Source of the DNA: Escherichia coli
GTDB lineage: Bacteria; Pseudomonadota; Gammaproteobacteria; Enterobacterales; Enterobacteriaceae
Length of the DNA: 64,000 nucleotides
Assembly (NCBI RefSeq): GCF_046105845.1
Contig: NZ_CP151004.1
Strand: one strand, 5' to 3'
Made by a program: the position numbers and the translations under genes. Position 1 is the stretch's first letter, and every line of letters begins with the position of its first letter. The notes beneath the pieces were generated by a model. The model did no database searches, was not told where the DNA came from, and was given only the letters and a program-made list of their open reading frames with translations. Shown in pieces: positions 40,374 through 52,924 of this stretch.

Positions 40374-42509
40374 ATGAAATCAATGAATATTGCCGCCAGT
40401 AGTGAACTGGTATCCCGACTTTCTACTCATCGCCGCGTGGTGGCGTTGGGAGATACTGATTTTACGGACGTCGCGGCAGTCGTCATTACCGCTGCGGATA
40501 GTCGCAGTGGCATTCTTGCGTTGCTTAAGCGCACCGGTTTTCATCTACCGGTGTTTTTGTATTCCGAACATGTTGTTGAATTACCTGCGGGCGTTACGGC
40601 GGTAATCAACGGCAACGAGCAGCAGTGGCTGGAGCTGGAATCCGCAGCCTGTCAGTATGAAGAGAATTTGCTGCCACCGTTTTATGACACGCTGACGCAG
40701 TACGTTGAGATGGGCAACAGCACCTTTGCTTGCCCTGGACATCAACATGGTGCGTTTTTTAAAAAGCATCCTGCCGGACGCCATTTTTACGATTTCTTTG
40801 GTGAGAACGTCTTTCGCGCCGATATGTGTAACGCTGACGTAAAATTGGGCGATCTGCTTATTCATGAAGGATCGGCGAAAGATGCGCAGAAATTCGCAGC
40901 CAAAGTCTTTCATGCCGATAAAACCTATTTTGTACTGAACGGCACATCGGCAGCGAATAAAGTGGTGACGAATGCGCTGTTAACGCGTGGCGATCTGGTG
41001 CTCTTCGACCGTAACAACCATAAGTCGAATCATCACGGCGCGCTGATTCAGGCGGGGGCGACGCCGGTCTATCTGGAAGCTTCACGTAACCCGTTTGGTT
41101 TCATTGGCGGTATTGATGCGCACTGTTTTAATGAAGAGTATCTGCGCCAGCAAATTCGCGACGTTGCGCCAGAAAAAGCTGAGTTGCCGCGCCCGTTTCG
41201 CCTGGCGATTATTCAGTTGGGAACCTATGACGGCACTGTCTATAACGCCCGTCAGGTGGTCGATACCGTTGGGCATCTGTGTGATTACATTCTGTTTGAT
41301 TCCGCATGGGTCGGTTACGAACAGTTTATCCCGATGATGGCGGATAGCTCGCCGCTGCTGTTAGAACTTAACGAAAACGATCCGGGGATCTTTGTGACTC
41401 AGTCGGTGCACAAACAGCAGGCGGGATTCTCACAGACGTCGCAGATCCATAAAAAAGATAACCATATCTGCGGACAGGTGCGTTTTTGCCCGCATAAGCG
41501 GTTGAATAATGCCTTTATGCTCCATGCTTCTACCAGCCCGTTCTATCCGTTGTTTGCCGCGCTGGACGTTAACGCCAAAATTCATGAAGGGGAGAGTGGG
41601 CGTCGGCTGTGGGCTGAGTGTGTAGAGTTGGGGATTGAGTCGCGCAAGGCGATTCTTGCGCGCTGTAAGCTGTTCCGCCCGTTTATCCCGCCCGTTGTTG
41701 ATGGCAAATTGTGGCAGGATTATCCGACATCAGTGTTAGCCAGCGACCGCCGTTTTTTCAGTTTTGAGCCGGGGGCGAAGTGGCACGGCTTTGAAGGATA
41801 TGCCGCGGATCAGTATTTTGTTGATCCGTGCAAGCTGTTACTCACTACACCAGGTATTAATGCCGAAACTGGCGAATATAGCGACTTTGGCGTTCCGGCG
41901 ACGATTCTGGCGCACTATCTGCGTGAGAACGGCATTGTGCCGGAGAAGTGCGATCTCAATTCCATTCTGTTCTTATTAACGCCGGCGGAAAGCCACGAGA
42001 AGCTGGCACAACTGGTGGCGATGCTGGCGCAATTTGAACAGCATATTGAGGATGACTCGCCGCTGGTTGAGGTGTTGCCGAGCGTTTATAACAAATATCC
42101 GGTGCGCTATCGCGACTACACCCTGCGCCAGTTGTGTCAGGAGATGCACGATCTGTATGTCAGTTTCGACGTCAAAGACCTACAAAAAGCGATGTTCCGC
42201 CAGCAGAGTTTCCCGTCAGTGGTGATGAACCCCCAGGACGCGCATAGCGCTTATATTCGCGGTGAAGTGGAGTTGGTGCGGATTCGTGATGCCGAAGGGC
42301 GAATTGCGGCAGAAGGGGCGTTGCCTTATCCACCAGGCGTGCTTTGCGTGGTGCCCGGGGAAGTCTGGGGTGGGGCGGTTCAACGTTATTTCCTTGCGCT
42401 GGAAGAAGGGGTGAATTTGTTGCCGGGATTTTCGCCGGAGCTGCAAGGTGTCTATAGCGAAACCGATGCAGATGGCATGAAACGATTGTACGGTTATGTG
42501 TTGAAGTAA
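40374..42509 (+). CDS. speC: Ornithine decarboxylase, constitutive
   Basis: MKSMNIAASSELVSRLS... matches SpeC; 711 aa from ATG 40374. Confidence 0.95.
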   Translation: MKSMNIAASSELVSRLSTHRRVVALGDTDFTDVAAVVITAADSRSGILALLKRTGFHLPVFLYSEHVVELPAGVTAVINGNEQQWLELESAACQYEENLLPPFYDTLTQYVEMGNSTFACPGHQHGAFFKKHPAGRHFYDFFGENVFRADMCNADVKLGDLLIHEGSAKDAQKFAAKVFHADKTYFVLNGTSAANKVVTNALLTRGDLVLFDRNNHKSNHHGALIQAGATPVYLEASRNPFGFIGGIDAHCFNEEYLRQQIRDVAPEKAELPRPFRLAIIQLGTYDGTVYNARQVVDTVGHLCDYILFDSAWVGYEQFIPMMADSSPLLLELNENDPGIFVTQSVHKQQAGFSQTSQIHKKDNHICGQVRFCPHKRLNNAFMLHASTSPFYPLFAALDVNAKIHEGESGRRLWAECVELGIESRKAILARCKLFRPFIPPVVDGKLWQDYPTSVLASDRRFFSFEPGAKWHGFEGYAADQYFVDPCKLLLTTPGINAETGEYSDFGVPATILAHYLRENGIVPEKCDLNSILFLLTPAESHEKLAQLVAMLAQFEQHIEDDSPLVEVLPSVYNKYPVRYRDYTLRQLCQEMHDLYVSFDVKDLQKAMFRQQSFPSVVMNPQDAHSAYIRGEVELVRIRDAEGRIAAEGALPYPPGVLCVVPGEVWGGAVQRYFLALEEGVNLLPGFSPELQGVYSETDADGMKRLYGYVLK

Positions 42510-42510
42510 G

Positions 42511-42550
42511 AAAAAAAAGGGTCACCTTCTGGCGACCCGTTTTTCTTTGC
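42511..42550. terminator. Bidirectional intrinsic terminator between convergent speC and nupG
   Basis: aaaaaaaa gggtcacc ttct ggcgaccc gtttttcttt. Confidence 0.6.
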
Positions 42551-42554
42551 GTAA

Positions 42555-43811
42555 TTAGTGGCTCACCGTCTGTGTGCCTGTCGGGACACGAACGTGTTTA
42601 TATTTGAACATCGCCATGAACGCGAAGGCCAGAACCACGGAGTAACCAGCGAAAATCAACCATACGGTCTGCCAGTCGGTAATGCCGTTTTGGGTGTACA
42701 TCTCAACAACTTTACCGCTCACGATGCCGCCAAGGATACAGCCGAAGCCGTTAGTCATCATCAGGAACATCCCCTGCGCACTGGCGCGAATTGCCGGGCT
42801 AACTTCTTTTTCGACAAACACCGAACCAGAGATGTTGAAGAAGTCGAATGCGCAACCGTAAACGATCATCGACAGTACCAGCAGCACGGTACCGAACGGA
42901 GTCGGGTCGCCGTAAGCAAACAGCGCAAAACGCAGGATCCACGCCACAATACTGATCATCATTACGTTCTTAATACCGTAGCGGCTTAAGAAGAACGGGA
43001 TAGTCAGAATGAACAGGGTTTCAGAGATCTGCGAAATCGACATGATGATTGACGCATGCTGCACAATAAAGCTGCTGGCAAACATCGGATCTTTGTCGAA
43101 GCTGTGCAGGAAGGTGTTACCGAACATGTTGGTAATCTGCAGTTCCGCGCCCAGCAGCATTGAGAAGATGAAGAAGATTGCCATACGCTTGTTTTTAAAC
43201 AGCGCGAATGCATCGAGGCCCAGCAGGGTTGTCCAGCTCTGATTCGCTTGCTGTTTAGCAACCGGAATATGCGGCAGAGTCAAGGTAAACAGAACCAGAA
43301 TGGCGGAAAGTGCTGCGCCAATATACAGCTGCATGTGGCTTAATTCGAAGCCAGACAGGCTCACCACCCACATTGCCATGATAAAGCCGATGGTGCCCCA
43401 GATACGGATTGGCGGGAAGTCAGTAACGATATCCATCCCGGCATTTTGCAGGCGATAGTAAGAGATGGTGTTGATTAACCCAAGCGTTGGCATATAAGCA
43501 AACGAGTTAATCAATATCACAAGGAACATCGCCTCCGGCGTCGTGACCTGGGCCGCCATGAACAGCGTGATAGCGCCAATGGTGTGGCAAATGGCATAGA
43601 CCCATTTCGCACTTAACCATTTGTCGGCCACAATCCCCAGCAGCGCTGGCATAAAGACCGCGGCGATACCCAGTGAACTATAAACTGCGCCGATAGAAGC
43701 ACCGTCAAACTTCAGGGTAACAAACATATAGGAGCCGAGGGTCGTCAGCCAACTTCCCCACAGACAGAACTGCAGAAAAGAGAGGATTTTCAGCTGCAGC
43801 TTAAGATTCAT
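42555..43811 (-). CDS. nupG: Nucleoside:H+ symporter NupG (MFS)
   Basis: MNLKLQLKILSFLQF...; 418 aa from ATG 43811. Confidence 0.93.
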   Translation of the reverse strand: MNLKLQLKILSFLQFCLWGSWLTTLGSYMFVTLKFDGASIGAVYSSLGIAAVFMPALLGIVADKWLSAKWVYAICHTIGAITLFMAAQVTTPEAMFLVILINSFAYMPTLGLINTISYYRLQNAGMDIVTDFPPIRIWGTIGFIMAMWVVSLSGFELSHMQLYIGAALSAILVLFTLTLPHIPVAKQQANQSWTTLLGLDAFALFKNKRMAIFFIFSMLLGAELQITNMFGNTFLHSFDKDPMFASSFIVQHASIIMSISQISETLFILTIPFFLSRYGIKNVMMISIVAWILRFALFAYGDPTPFGTVLLVLSMIVYGCAFDFFNISGSVFVEKEVSPAIRASAQGMFLMMTNGFGCILGGIVSGKVVEMYTQNGITDWQTVWLIFAGYSVVLAFAFMAMFKYKHVRVPTGTQTVSH

Positions 43812-44012
43812 GTTAATTTCCTCACATCGTGATGCGGATGAGTGTTTGAAAAAGCACATTTGACCGTGCGAGATGATGGGATTCTATCAACTTCGCGGAC
43901 TGGTTTTTTGTTACCTGTGGCAAATAATTGCAAACATTCCCAATTTGCAAAACGAAATTGTGATGTGGATAACATTTTTACCCCTGAGCATCGTCAGGGG
44001 CGGTTAGTGGAA

Positions 44013-45119
<1,107 letters not shown>

Positions 45120-45156
45120 TTATGCAAGTTGCCGGAGGCGTGCTCCGGCACTGTTT

Positions 45157-45435
<279 letters not shown>

Positions 45436-45459
45436 TCATCCTCTTTATCGACTCACGCG

Positions 45460-46512
45460 CTAAACCGGCGCGCCAGTGCGTAACTGCTGTAACAAACGCT
45501 CCACGGGAGCCGCCAGGCCAACTGACGGCGGTTGCGCTAAGTTATACCAGAGCGCATTGCCTTCATCCATGCAGCCGGTGAATGACGACACGGGAAGCCA
45601 CATAGGCACAATATCTAAGTGGAAATGGCTGAAGGTATGCCGAAACGCGGTCAGCTGCGTCAGGTTATCGGCAGAAATCTGTCGTTGCGCCAGCCACTGC
45701 CGCAAACTTTCTTCATCGGCAAACTGCGGGAAACAGTATAAACCGCCCCACAATCCGCTCGGCGGACGCTGCGCCAGCAATACTTCATCTTCGTGCTGTA
45801 ACAGCAAAAAGTAGCCGGTGCGCTCTGGCAGCGTCTGTTTCGGTTTTTTGCCCGGATAAAGCGACCAGCTATTGTTGGCGGCGGCAATACATCCGTTTTG
45901 TAGCGGACAGAGCGAACATTTCGGCTTAGAGCGCGTACAAATCATCGCGCCCAAATCCATCATCGCCTGATTAAACCGTTCCACGCCAACCGCGGGCGTC
46001 ACCTGCTCGCTCAAACTCCATAGTTTATTCTCGACCTCTTTTTTCCCAGGCCAGCCGCTTACAGCATAGCAGCGCGCCAGCACCCGTTTGACGTTACCGT
46101 CGAGAATCGGAAAGTGCTTACCCAGAGAAAGCGAGAGAATCGCGCCTGCGGTGGAACGCCCGACGCCCGGTAACGCCGCGACTTCTTCAAAGGTTTCCGG
46201 GAATTTACCGCCGTGTAAGGTCGCCACTTGTTGTGCCGCTTTATGCAGATTGCGCGCGCGGGCGTAATAGCCAAGCCCGGTCCACAAGTGGAGAACTTCG
46301 TCCAGCGGCGCATTGGCGAGATCGGTCACCGTTGGGAAGCGCGCCATAAAGCGTTCAAAATAGGGGATAACGGTCGCAACCTGAGTTTGTTGCAACATCA
46401 CTTCTGAGAGCCATACTTTGTAGGGCGTCTTGTCAATTTGCCAGGGCAGCGTTTTCCGCCCGTATTTATCGTACCAGTCCAGAGCCTGGGCTGAAAATTG
46501 CGACGCTTGCAT
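45460..46512 (-). CDS. mutY: Adenine DNA glycosylase MutY
   Basis: MQASQFSAQ...; HhH-GPD and 4Fe-4S Cys motifs; 350 aa. Confidence 0.93.
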   Translation of the reverse strand: MQASQFSAQALDWYDKYGRKTLPWQIDKTPYKVWLSEVMLQQTQVATVIPYFERFMARFPTVTDLANAPLDEVLHLWTGLGYYARARNLHKAAQQVATLHGGKFPETFEEVAALPGVGRSTAGAILSLSLGKHFPILDGNVKRVLARCYAVSGWPGKKEVENKLWSLSEQVTPAVGVERFNQAMMDLGAMICTRSKPKCSLCPLQNGCIAAANNSWSLYPGKKPKQTLPERTGYFLLLQHEDEVLLAQRPPSGLWGGLYCFPQFADEESLRQWLAQRQISADNLTQLTAFRHTFSHFHLDIVPMWLPVSSFTGCMDEGNALWYNLAQPPSVGLAAPVERLLQQLRTGAPV

Positions 46513-46672
46513 GGTCACCGAATTCACTGTTGTTGGGGGCAAGATTGCAGCACAGCGACGGCAGGGTGTAAACCGGAACTTTCCGCAGCCACGGCCTTAT
46601 CATGCTTGCATCCGGCAACTAACTTTGGATAATGCCCGTTTTCAGAACACTTTCACAAGCGACTAAATCTTT

Positions 46673-47392
46673 ATGAAAAACGACGTCATCTCACCGGAAT
46701 TTGATGAAAACGGCCGCCCGCTGCGCCGTATCCGTAGTTTTGTGCGCCGCCAGGGGCGACTGACCAAAGGCCAGGAACATGCGCTGGAAAACTACTGGCC
46801 GGTGATGGGCGTTGAGTTCAGCGAAGATATGCTGGATTTCCCTGCGCTTTTTGGCCGTGAAGCGCCGGTGACGCTTGAGATTGGTTTCGGCATGGGGGCG
46901 TCGCTGGTGGCAATGGCTAAAGATCGCCCCGAGCAGGACTTCCTCGGCATTGAAGTGCATTCACCGGGCGTTGGTGCGTGCCTGGCTTCTGCGCATGAAG
47001 AGGGCTTAAGCAACCTGCGCGTGATGTGTCACGATGCGGTTGAAGTGCTGCATAAAATGATTCCTGACAATTCATTGCGCATGGTGCAGCTCTTTTTCCC
47101 TGACCCGTGGCACAAAGCGCGCCATAATAAACGCCGTATCGTTCAGGTGCCGTTTGCCGAACTGGTAAAAAGCAAACTGCAACTGGGGGGCGTATTCCAT
47201 ATGGCGACCGACTGGGAACCTTATGCGGAACATATGCTTGAAGTGATGTCTTCTATTGACGGTTATAAAAACCTGTCAGAGAGCAATGATTACGTACCTC
47301 GTCCGGCATCACGTCCGGTGACGAAATTTGAACAACGTGGTCATCGTCTTGGTCACGGAGTATGGGACTTAATGTTCGAGAGGGTGAAATAA
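46673..47392 (+). CDS. trmB: tRNA (guanine46-N7)-methyltransferase
   Basis: 239 aa; sequence matches TrmB. Confidence 0.95.
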   Translation: MKNDVISPEFDENGRPLRRIRSFVRRQGRLTKGQEHALENYWPVMGVEFSEDMLDFPALFGREAPVTLEIGFGMGASLVAMAKDRPEQDFLGIEVHSPGVGACLASAHEEGLSNLRVMCHDAVEVLHKMIPDNSLRMVQLFFPDPWHKARHNKRRIVQVPFAELVKSKLQLGGVFHMATDWEPYAEHMLEVMSSIDGYKNLSESNDYVPRPASRPVTKFEQRGHRLGHGVWDLMFERVK

Positions 47393-47718
47393 TGGCAAAG
47401 AACCGTAGCCGTCGTCTGCGTAAAAAAATGCACATCGACGAATTCCAGGAATTAGGATTTTCGGTGGCATGGCGATTCCCGGAAGGTACATCGGAAGAAC
47501 AGATTGATAAAACCGTTGATGACTTTATTAACGAGGTTATCGAACCGAACAAACTGGCCTTTGACGGCAGCGGTTATCTGGCCTGGGAAGGTCTGATCTG
47601 CATGCAGGAAATCGGCAAATGCACCGAAGAACATCAGGCGATTGTGCGTAAGTGGCTGGAAGAGCGCAAACTGGGCGAGGTACGCACCAGCGAACTTTTC
47701 GACGTTTGGTGGGACTAA
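47392..47718 (+). CDS. yggL: DUF469 protein YggL
   Basis: [18 protein letters not shown]...; ATG overlaps trmB stop. Confidence 0.9.
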   Translation: MAKNRSRRLRKKMHIDEFQELGFSVAWRFPEGTSEEQIDKTVDDFINEVIEPNKLAFDGSGYLAWEGLICMQEIGKCTEEHQAIVRKWLEERKLGEVRTSELFDVWWD

Positions 47719-47764
47719 GAAAGCATACGGGCGATGACAAAGTTAAAAAAAGCGCTCGGATAGT

Positions 47765-47867
47765 CCCCTCGCCCCTCCGGGGAGAGGGTTAGGGTGAGGG
47801 GAACAGACCAGCACTGGCGCGATTATTTACCCTCACCCCGACCCTCTCCCTAAAAGGGCGAGGGGGA
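47765..47867. repeat. GC-rich imperfect palindrome (~100 bp): two inverted ~37-nt units separated by ~28 nt
   Basis: cccctcgcccctccggggagagggttagggtgagggg ... ccctcaccccgaccctctccctaaaagggcgaggggg; arms are reverse complements. Confidence 0.5.
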
Positions 47868-47954
47868 AAACCGTGCCCCTTTTGACTTTTAAGCCAGTTT
47901 GTTATCAATCTGGGGCCAGCAAATGCTGGCCTGATTTGTTCTTGAGGGAAGACT

Positions 47955-48674
47955 ATGATGCGCAAAATGCTGCTGGCGGCAGCACTTTCAGTGACGGCAA
48001 TGACCGCTCACGCCGACTACCAGTGCAGCGTCACGCCGCGTGACGATGTGATTGTCAGCCCGCAAACCGTGCAGGTGAAGGGCGAAAACGGCAATCTGGT
48101 GATCACGCCAGACGGCAACGTGATGTATAACGGTAAGCAATATTCCCTGAATGCCGCCCAGCGCGAGCAGGCGAAGGATTATCAGGCTGAACTGCGTAGC
48201 ACGCTGCCGTGGATTGATGAAGGTGCGAAAAGCCGCGTCGAGAAAGCCCGTATTGCGCTGGATAAAATTATCGTTCAGGAGATGGGCGAAAGCAGCAAAA
48301 TGCGCAGCCGTCTGACCAAACTTGATGCGCAGCTGAAAGAGCAGATGAACCGCATTATCGAAACGCGCAGCGATGGCCTGACGTTTCACTATAAAGCCAT
48401 TGATCAGGTTCGCGCCGAAGGCCAGCAATTAGTGAATCAGGCAATGGGCGGAATTTTACAGGACAGCATTAATGAAATGGGCGCGAAAGCGGTGCTGAAA
48501 AGCGGCGGTAACCCATTACAGAATGTGCTGGGAAGCCTGGGCGGTCTGCAATCCTCAATCCAAACCGAATGGAAAAAGCAGGAAAAAGATTTCCAACAGT
48601 TTGGCAAAGATGTTTGTAGCCGCGTTGTGACTCTGGAAGATAGCCGCAAAGCCCTGGTCGGGAATTTAAAATAA
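47955..48674 (+). CDS. yggN: Periplasmic DUF2884 protein YggN
   Basis: 239 aa with signal peptide; K-12 context. Confidence 0.9.
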   Translation: MMRKMLLAAALSVTAMTAHADYQCSVTPRDDVIVSPQTVQVKGENGNLVITPDGNVMYNGKQYSLNAAQREQAKDYQAELRSTLPWIDEGAKSRVEKARIALDKIIVQEMGESSKMRSRLTKLDAQLKEQMNRIIETRSDGLTFHYKAIDQVRAEGQQLVNQAMGGILQDSINEMGAKAVLKSGGNPLQNVLGSLGGLQSSIQTEWKKQEKDFQQFGKDVCSRVVTLEDSRKALVGNLK

Positions 48675-48688
48675 TCCTCTATTTTAAG

Positions 48689-48725
48689 ACGGCATAATAC
48701 TTTTTTATGCCGTTTAATTCTTCGT
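48689..48725 (+). terminator. Probable intrinsic terminator after yggN
   Basis: ggcataa tactttttt atgcc then gtttaattctt. Confidence 0.5.
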
Positions 48726-48849
48726 TTTGTTACCTGCCTCTAACTTTGTAGATCTCCAAAATATATTCACGTTGTAAATTGTTTAACGTCAAATTTCCCA
48801 TACAAAGCTAAGGGATAATGCGTAGCGTTCACGTAACTGGAGGAATGAA

Positions 48850-49896
48850 ATGGAGTTTTTCAAAAAGACGGCACTTGCCGCACTGGTTATGGGTTTTAGT
48901 GGTGCAGCATTGGCATTACCCAATATCACCATTTTAGCAACCGGCGGGACCATTGCCGGTGGTGGTGACTCCGCAACCAAATCTAACTACACAGCGGGTA
49001 AAGTTGGCGTAGAAAATCTGGTTAATGCGGTGCCGCAACTGAAGGACATTGCGAACGTTAAAGGCGAGCAGGTAGTGAATATCGGCTCCCAGGACATGAA
49101 CGATAATGTCTGGCTGACACTGGCGAAAAAAATTAACACCGACTGCGATAAAACCGACGGCTTCGTCATTACCCACGGTACCGACACGATGGAAGAAACC
49201 GCTTACTTCCTCGACCTGACGGTGAAATGCGACAAACCGGTGGTGATGGTCGGCGCAATGCGCCCGTCCACGTCCATGAGCGCAGACGGTCCATTCAACC
49301 TGTATAACGCGGTAGTGACCGCAGCTGATAAAGCCTCCGCTAATCGTGGCGTGCTGGTGGTGATGAACGACACCGTACTGGACGGTCGCGATGTCACCAA
49401 AACCAACACCACCGACGTAGCGACCTTCAAGTCTGTTAACTACGGTCCTCTGGGATACATTCACAACGGTAAGATTGACTACCAACGTACCCCGGCACGT
49501 AAGCACACCAGCGATACGCCGTTCGATATCTCTAAGCTGAATGAGCTGCCGAAAGTCGGCATCGTTTATAACTACGCTAACGCATCCGATCTTCCGGCTA
49601 AAGCACTGGTAGATGCGGGCTATGATGGCATCGTTAGCGCTGGTGTGGGTAATGGTAACCTGTATAAATCCGTGTTCGACACCCTTGCAACCGCCGCGAA
49701 AAACGGCACTGCAGTCGTGCGTTCTTCCCGCGTACCGACGGGCGCTACCACTCAGGATGCCGAAGTGGATGATGCGAAATATGGCTTCGTGGCCTCTGGC
49801 ACGCTGAACCCGCAAAAAGCGCGCGTTCTGCTGCAACTGGCTCTGACGCAAACCAAAGATCCGCAGCAGATCCAGCAGATCTTCAATCAGTACTAA
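48850..49896 (+). CDS. ansB: L-asparaginase 2 (periplasmic)
   Basis: 348 aa; signal peptide; TGGTIAG and HGTDTMEET active-site motifs. Confidence 0.95.
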   Translation: MEFFKKTALAALVMGFSGAALALPNITILATGGTIAGGGDSATKSNYTAGKVGVENLVNAVPQLKDIANVKGEQVVNIGSQDMNDNVWLTLAKKINTDCDKTDGFVITHGTDTMEETAYFLDLTVKCDKPVVMVGAMRPSTSMSADGPFNLYNAVVTAADKASANRGVLVVMNDTVLDGRDVTKTNTTDVATFKSVNYGPLGYIHNGKIDYQRTPARKHTSDTPFDISKLNELPKVGIVYNYANASDLPAKALVDAGYDGIVSAGVGNGNLYKSVFDTLATAAKNGTAVVRSSRVPTGATTQDAEVDDAKYGFVASGTLNPQKARVLLQLALTQTKDPQQIQQIFNQY

Positions 49897-49903
49897 TCAC
49901 CTC

Positions 49904-49930
49904 GCCCCGGTAACGTGCCGGGGCTTTTTC
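49904..49930 (+). terminator. Rho-independent terminator after ansB
   Basis: gccccgg taacgtg ccggggc ttttt. Confidence 0.7.
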
Positions 49931-50012
49931 ACTTCAGACTTACGTCCATTGCCAATTTTCATTACCCTGATGATAATCACTGGAATAAATTATTCCGCGA
50001 GAGGGTTTTCGG

Positions 50013-51020
50013 GTGAAAAAGCAATGGATTGTTGGCACGGCGCTGCTTATGTTGATGACTGGTAATGTCTGGGCAGATGGCGAACCGCCAACTGAAAATA
50101 TCTTAAAAGATCAATTCAAAAAGCAGTATCACGGCATTCTCAAGCTTGATGCTATCACCTTAAAAAATCTTGATGCTAAGGGTAATCAGGCCACCTGGTC
50201 AGCGGAAGGCGATGTCTCTTCCAGTGACGATCTCTATACCTGGGTCGGTCAGTTGGCAGATTACGAACTGCTCGAACAGACCTGGACGAAAGATAAACCG
50301 GTAAAATTCTCGGCGATGTTAACCAGTAAAGGAACGCCCGCGTCTGGCTGGTCGGTGAACTTTTACTCTTTTCAGGCGGCAGCCAGCGATCGTGGACGGG
50401 TGGTCGACGATATCAAAACGAATAATAAATATCTGATCGTGAATAGCGAAGATTTCAATTATCGCTTTAGTCAGCTTGAGACTGCGTTGAATACCCAGAA
50501 GAACTCGATTCCTGCGCTGGAAAAGGAAGTGAAAGCGCTTGATAAGCAAATGGTGGCGGCGCAGAAAGCAGCGGATGCATATTGGGGAAAAGATGCAAAC
50601 GGTAAGCAAATGACCCGCGAAGACGCATTTAAAAAAATTCACCAACAGCGTGATGAGTTTAATAAACAGAACGATAGCGAGGCGTTCGCGATTAAATATG
50701 ACAAAGAGGTTTATCAACCGGCGATTGCGGCATGTCATAAACAGAGTGCAGAGTGTTATGAAGTGCCGATTCAGCAGAAGCGAGAATTCGATATCAACGA
50801 ACAACGGCGACAGACTTTTCTGCAATCACAAAAAATTAGCCGTAAATTGCAGGATGACTGGATAACGCTCGAAAAAGGGCAATATCCGTTAACGATGAAA
50901 GTTTCAGAAATAAACAGTAAAAAAGTCGCGATTTTGATGAAAATTGACGATATCAATCAGGCTAATGAACGCTGGAAAAAAGATACCGAACAATTGCGGC
51001 GCAATGGAGTGATTAAGTAA
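50013..51020 (+). CDS. yggM: Secreted DUF1202 protein YggM
   Basis: 335 aa; signal peptide; K-12 context. Confidence 0.85.
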   Translation: MKKQWIVGTALLMLMTGNVWADGEPPTENILKDQFKKQYHGILKLDAITLKNLDAKGNQATWSAEGDVSSSDDLYTWVGQLADYELLEQTWTKDKPVKFSAMLTSKGTPASGWSVNFYSFQAAASDRGRVVDDIKTNNKYLIVNSEDFNYRFSQLETALNTQKNSIPALEKEVKALDKQMVAAQKAADAYWGKDANGKQMTREDAFKKIHQQRDEFNKQNDSEAFAIKYDKEVYQPAIAACHKQSAECYEVPIQQKREFDINEQRRQTFLQSQKISRKLQDDWITLEKGQYPLTMKVSEINSKKVAILMKIDDINQANERWKKDTEQLRRNGVIK

Positions 51021-51038
51021 CTCATGTTAAGTGCCTTT

Positions 51039-51075
51039 GCCGGATAATATAAAAAGTTATCCGGCAAATTATTTT
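51039..51075. terminator. Bidirectional terminator between yggM and the TRAP permease gene
   Basis: gccggataa tataaaaag ttatccggc flanked by A/T runs. Confidence 0.6.
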
Positions 51076-52377
51076 TTACATTAGCCCTAGTAGCTGTGGA
51101 ATGAACAAGGATATTTGCGGGATGTAAGTGATCATCATCAACGCGATTAACAATGCGGCATAAAATGGCAGCAATGGTTTGATCAAATGTTGAATCTTCA
51201 CACCTGAAATAGAACAACCAACAAATAGCGCACTACCCACCGGCGGTGTTAACAGCCCAATACAAAGGTTGGCCACCATCATAATACCGAAATGTACCGG
51301 ATCCATTCCCAGCTCTTGTGCAATCGGCAAGAAGATTGGTGTGAAGATTAGTACAGCCGGTGTCATGTCCATAAAGATGCCGACAATTAATAAGACGATA
51401 TTAATCAGCAGCAATATGACCAGTGGGTTATCAGAAATCCCCATCAACGCGTCGCTGATCATATAAGGAATATCAGCATTGGTCATTGCCCAGGACATGC
51501 CCACGGAAAAACCGATCAACAGTAATACAATCGAAGTGGTAACAACCGATTCCAGAATCAGTTTGGGTAAATCGCGCCATTTTACTTCCCGGTAAATCAG
51601 CACCGAGAGGATAAATGTGTAGACAACGGCAATTGCTGACGCTTCAGTTGCGGTAAAAATGCCGCCCAGAATGCCGCCCATTACAATGAACACCAGAAGC
51701 AAACTTGGTAAGGCATCCAGAAACGCTTTACATGCCTGAGCAAAGGTTGCTCTTTCTGAAAGTGGGTAGCCACGGCGTTTAGCAATAATGCCGCAGACTA
51801 TCATTACCGCGAGACCCATTAAGATCCCTGGCAAATATCCCGCCATAAATAGCGATGCTACAGAAACGCCGCCAGCTGTCAGGGAAAACACAATTAACAC
51901 GTTTGAGGGCGGTATCAGTAATCCAGTAATACAAGATGAGACGTTTACAGCGGTAGAAAATGCCGGATCATAACCTTCTTTGGTCTGAATGGGATTCAGT
52001 GTGCCACCAACGGCAGCAGCTGCCGCAACAGCTGAACCAGAAATGGAACCAAACATCATATTCGCCAGGACGTTCACATGACCAAGCGAACCAGGAACGC
52101 GGCCAACCATTACCTGGGCGAGGTTAATCAAACGTATCGCAATACCGCCGCTGTTCATCAGCGTTCCGGCAAAGATGAAAAAGGGGATTGCTAATAGGGC
52201 AAAGTTATCCAGTCCATTAGCCAGTCGCTGCGAAACAGTGATTGCCGCGATATCCTAGGGAAACATCAACAGCATTGAAGCTACAGTGGCAATACCGATT
52301 GAGAACGAAATGGGCACACCAATAAAGACCAGCACAAAAAAACAGCCAAACAGTGTAAGCGCGATATAACTATCCAT
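51076..52377 (-). pseudogene. TRAP transporter large permease (DctM family) interrupted by in-frame TAG at codon 41
   Basis: ATG 52377..52375 overlaps dctQ stop (TAATG); MDSYIALTLFGCFFVLVFIGVPISFSIGIATVASMLLMFP-TAG(52257..52255)-DIAAITVSQRLANGLDNFALLAIPFFIFAGTLMNSGGI... continues in frame into ORF 51076..52158. Confidence 0.7.
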
Positions 52378-52889
52378 TAACTGGCCTCCTGCGCAGGTTG
52401 TTTCAGTTGTTGAATGCTTTGATTAATAAAACACAAGGCATAAAACATCATCACCAATCCACTTAATGGCAGAATGATATATACGTATCCCATCGGTATT
52501 TGCATCGCGGCAGATACCTGTGATGTTGCCAGTGTTTTATCAATTAATTTCAGGCCACCAGTCACAATGACCGAACCGGCAAAACCTAAAATAAGAACGT
52601 TAATGACTATACTAAGAAGTAATTGCTTGCGCTTATTCAGGGCGAGAGCAAATAAATCGATAGAGAGATGTCGCTGCGCGCCGACGGTATATGCAGCACC
52701 TAATAATCCTACCCAGATCATCAAAAAGCGTGCCAGCTCATCGGTTAATGTACTTGGCTGGTTAAGTACGTAGCGGCTAAATACTTGCCAGACTACGCAT
52801 ACAACCAGAGCAAGCATTACGGCGACAGAAAACGCGGCAATGACGCGGTCTACCGCAAGTTTCAGGCGGTTAAATATCATTGTAAGCAT
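52377..52889 (-). CDS. TRAP transporter small permease (DctQ family)
   Basis: 170 aa, four predicted TM segments; between DctP-like and DctM-like genes. Confidence 0.8.
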   Translation of the reverse strand: MLTMIFNRLKLAVDRVIAAFSVAVMLALVVCVVWQVFSRYVLNQPSTLTDELARFLMIWVGLLGAAYTVGAQRHLSIDLFALALNKRKQLLLSIVINVLILGFAGSVIVTGGLKLIDKTLATSQVSAAMQIPMGYVYIILPLSGLVMMFYALCFINQSIQQLKQPAQEAS

Positions 52890-52924
52890 CCTGGAAAATC
52901 AGGGCCAGAGACTGGCCCGAAATA

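Noticed and set aside
48934-49851. 305-aa minus-strand ORF antisense to ansB
   Set aside because: Opposite the well-supported asparaginase gene; arginine/histidine-rich composition typical of spurious antisense frames.
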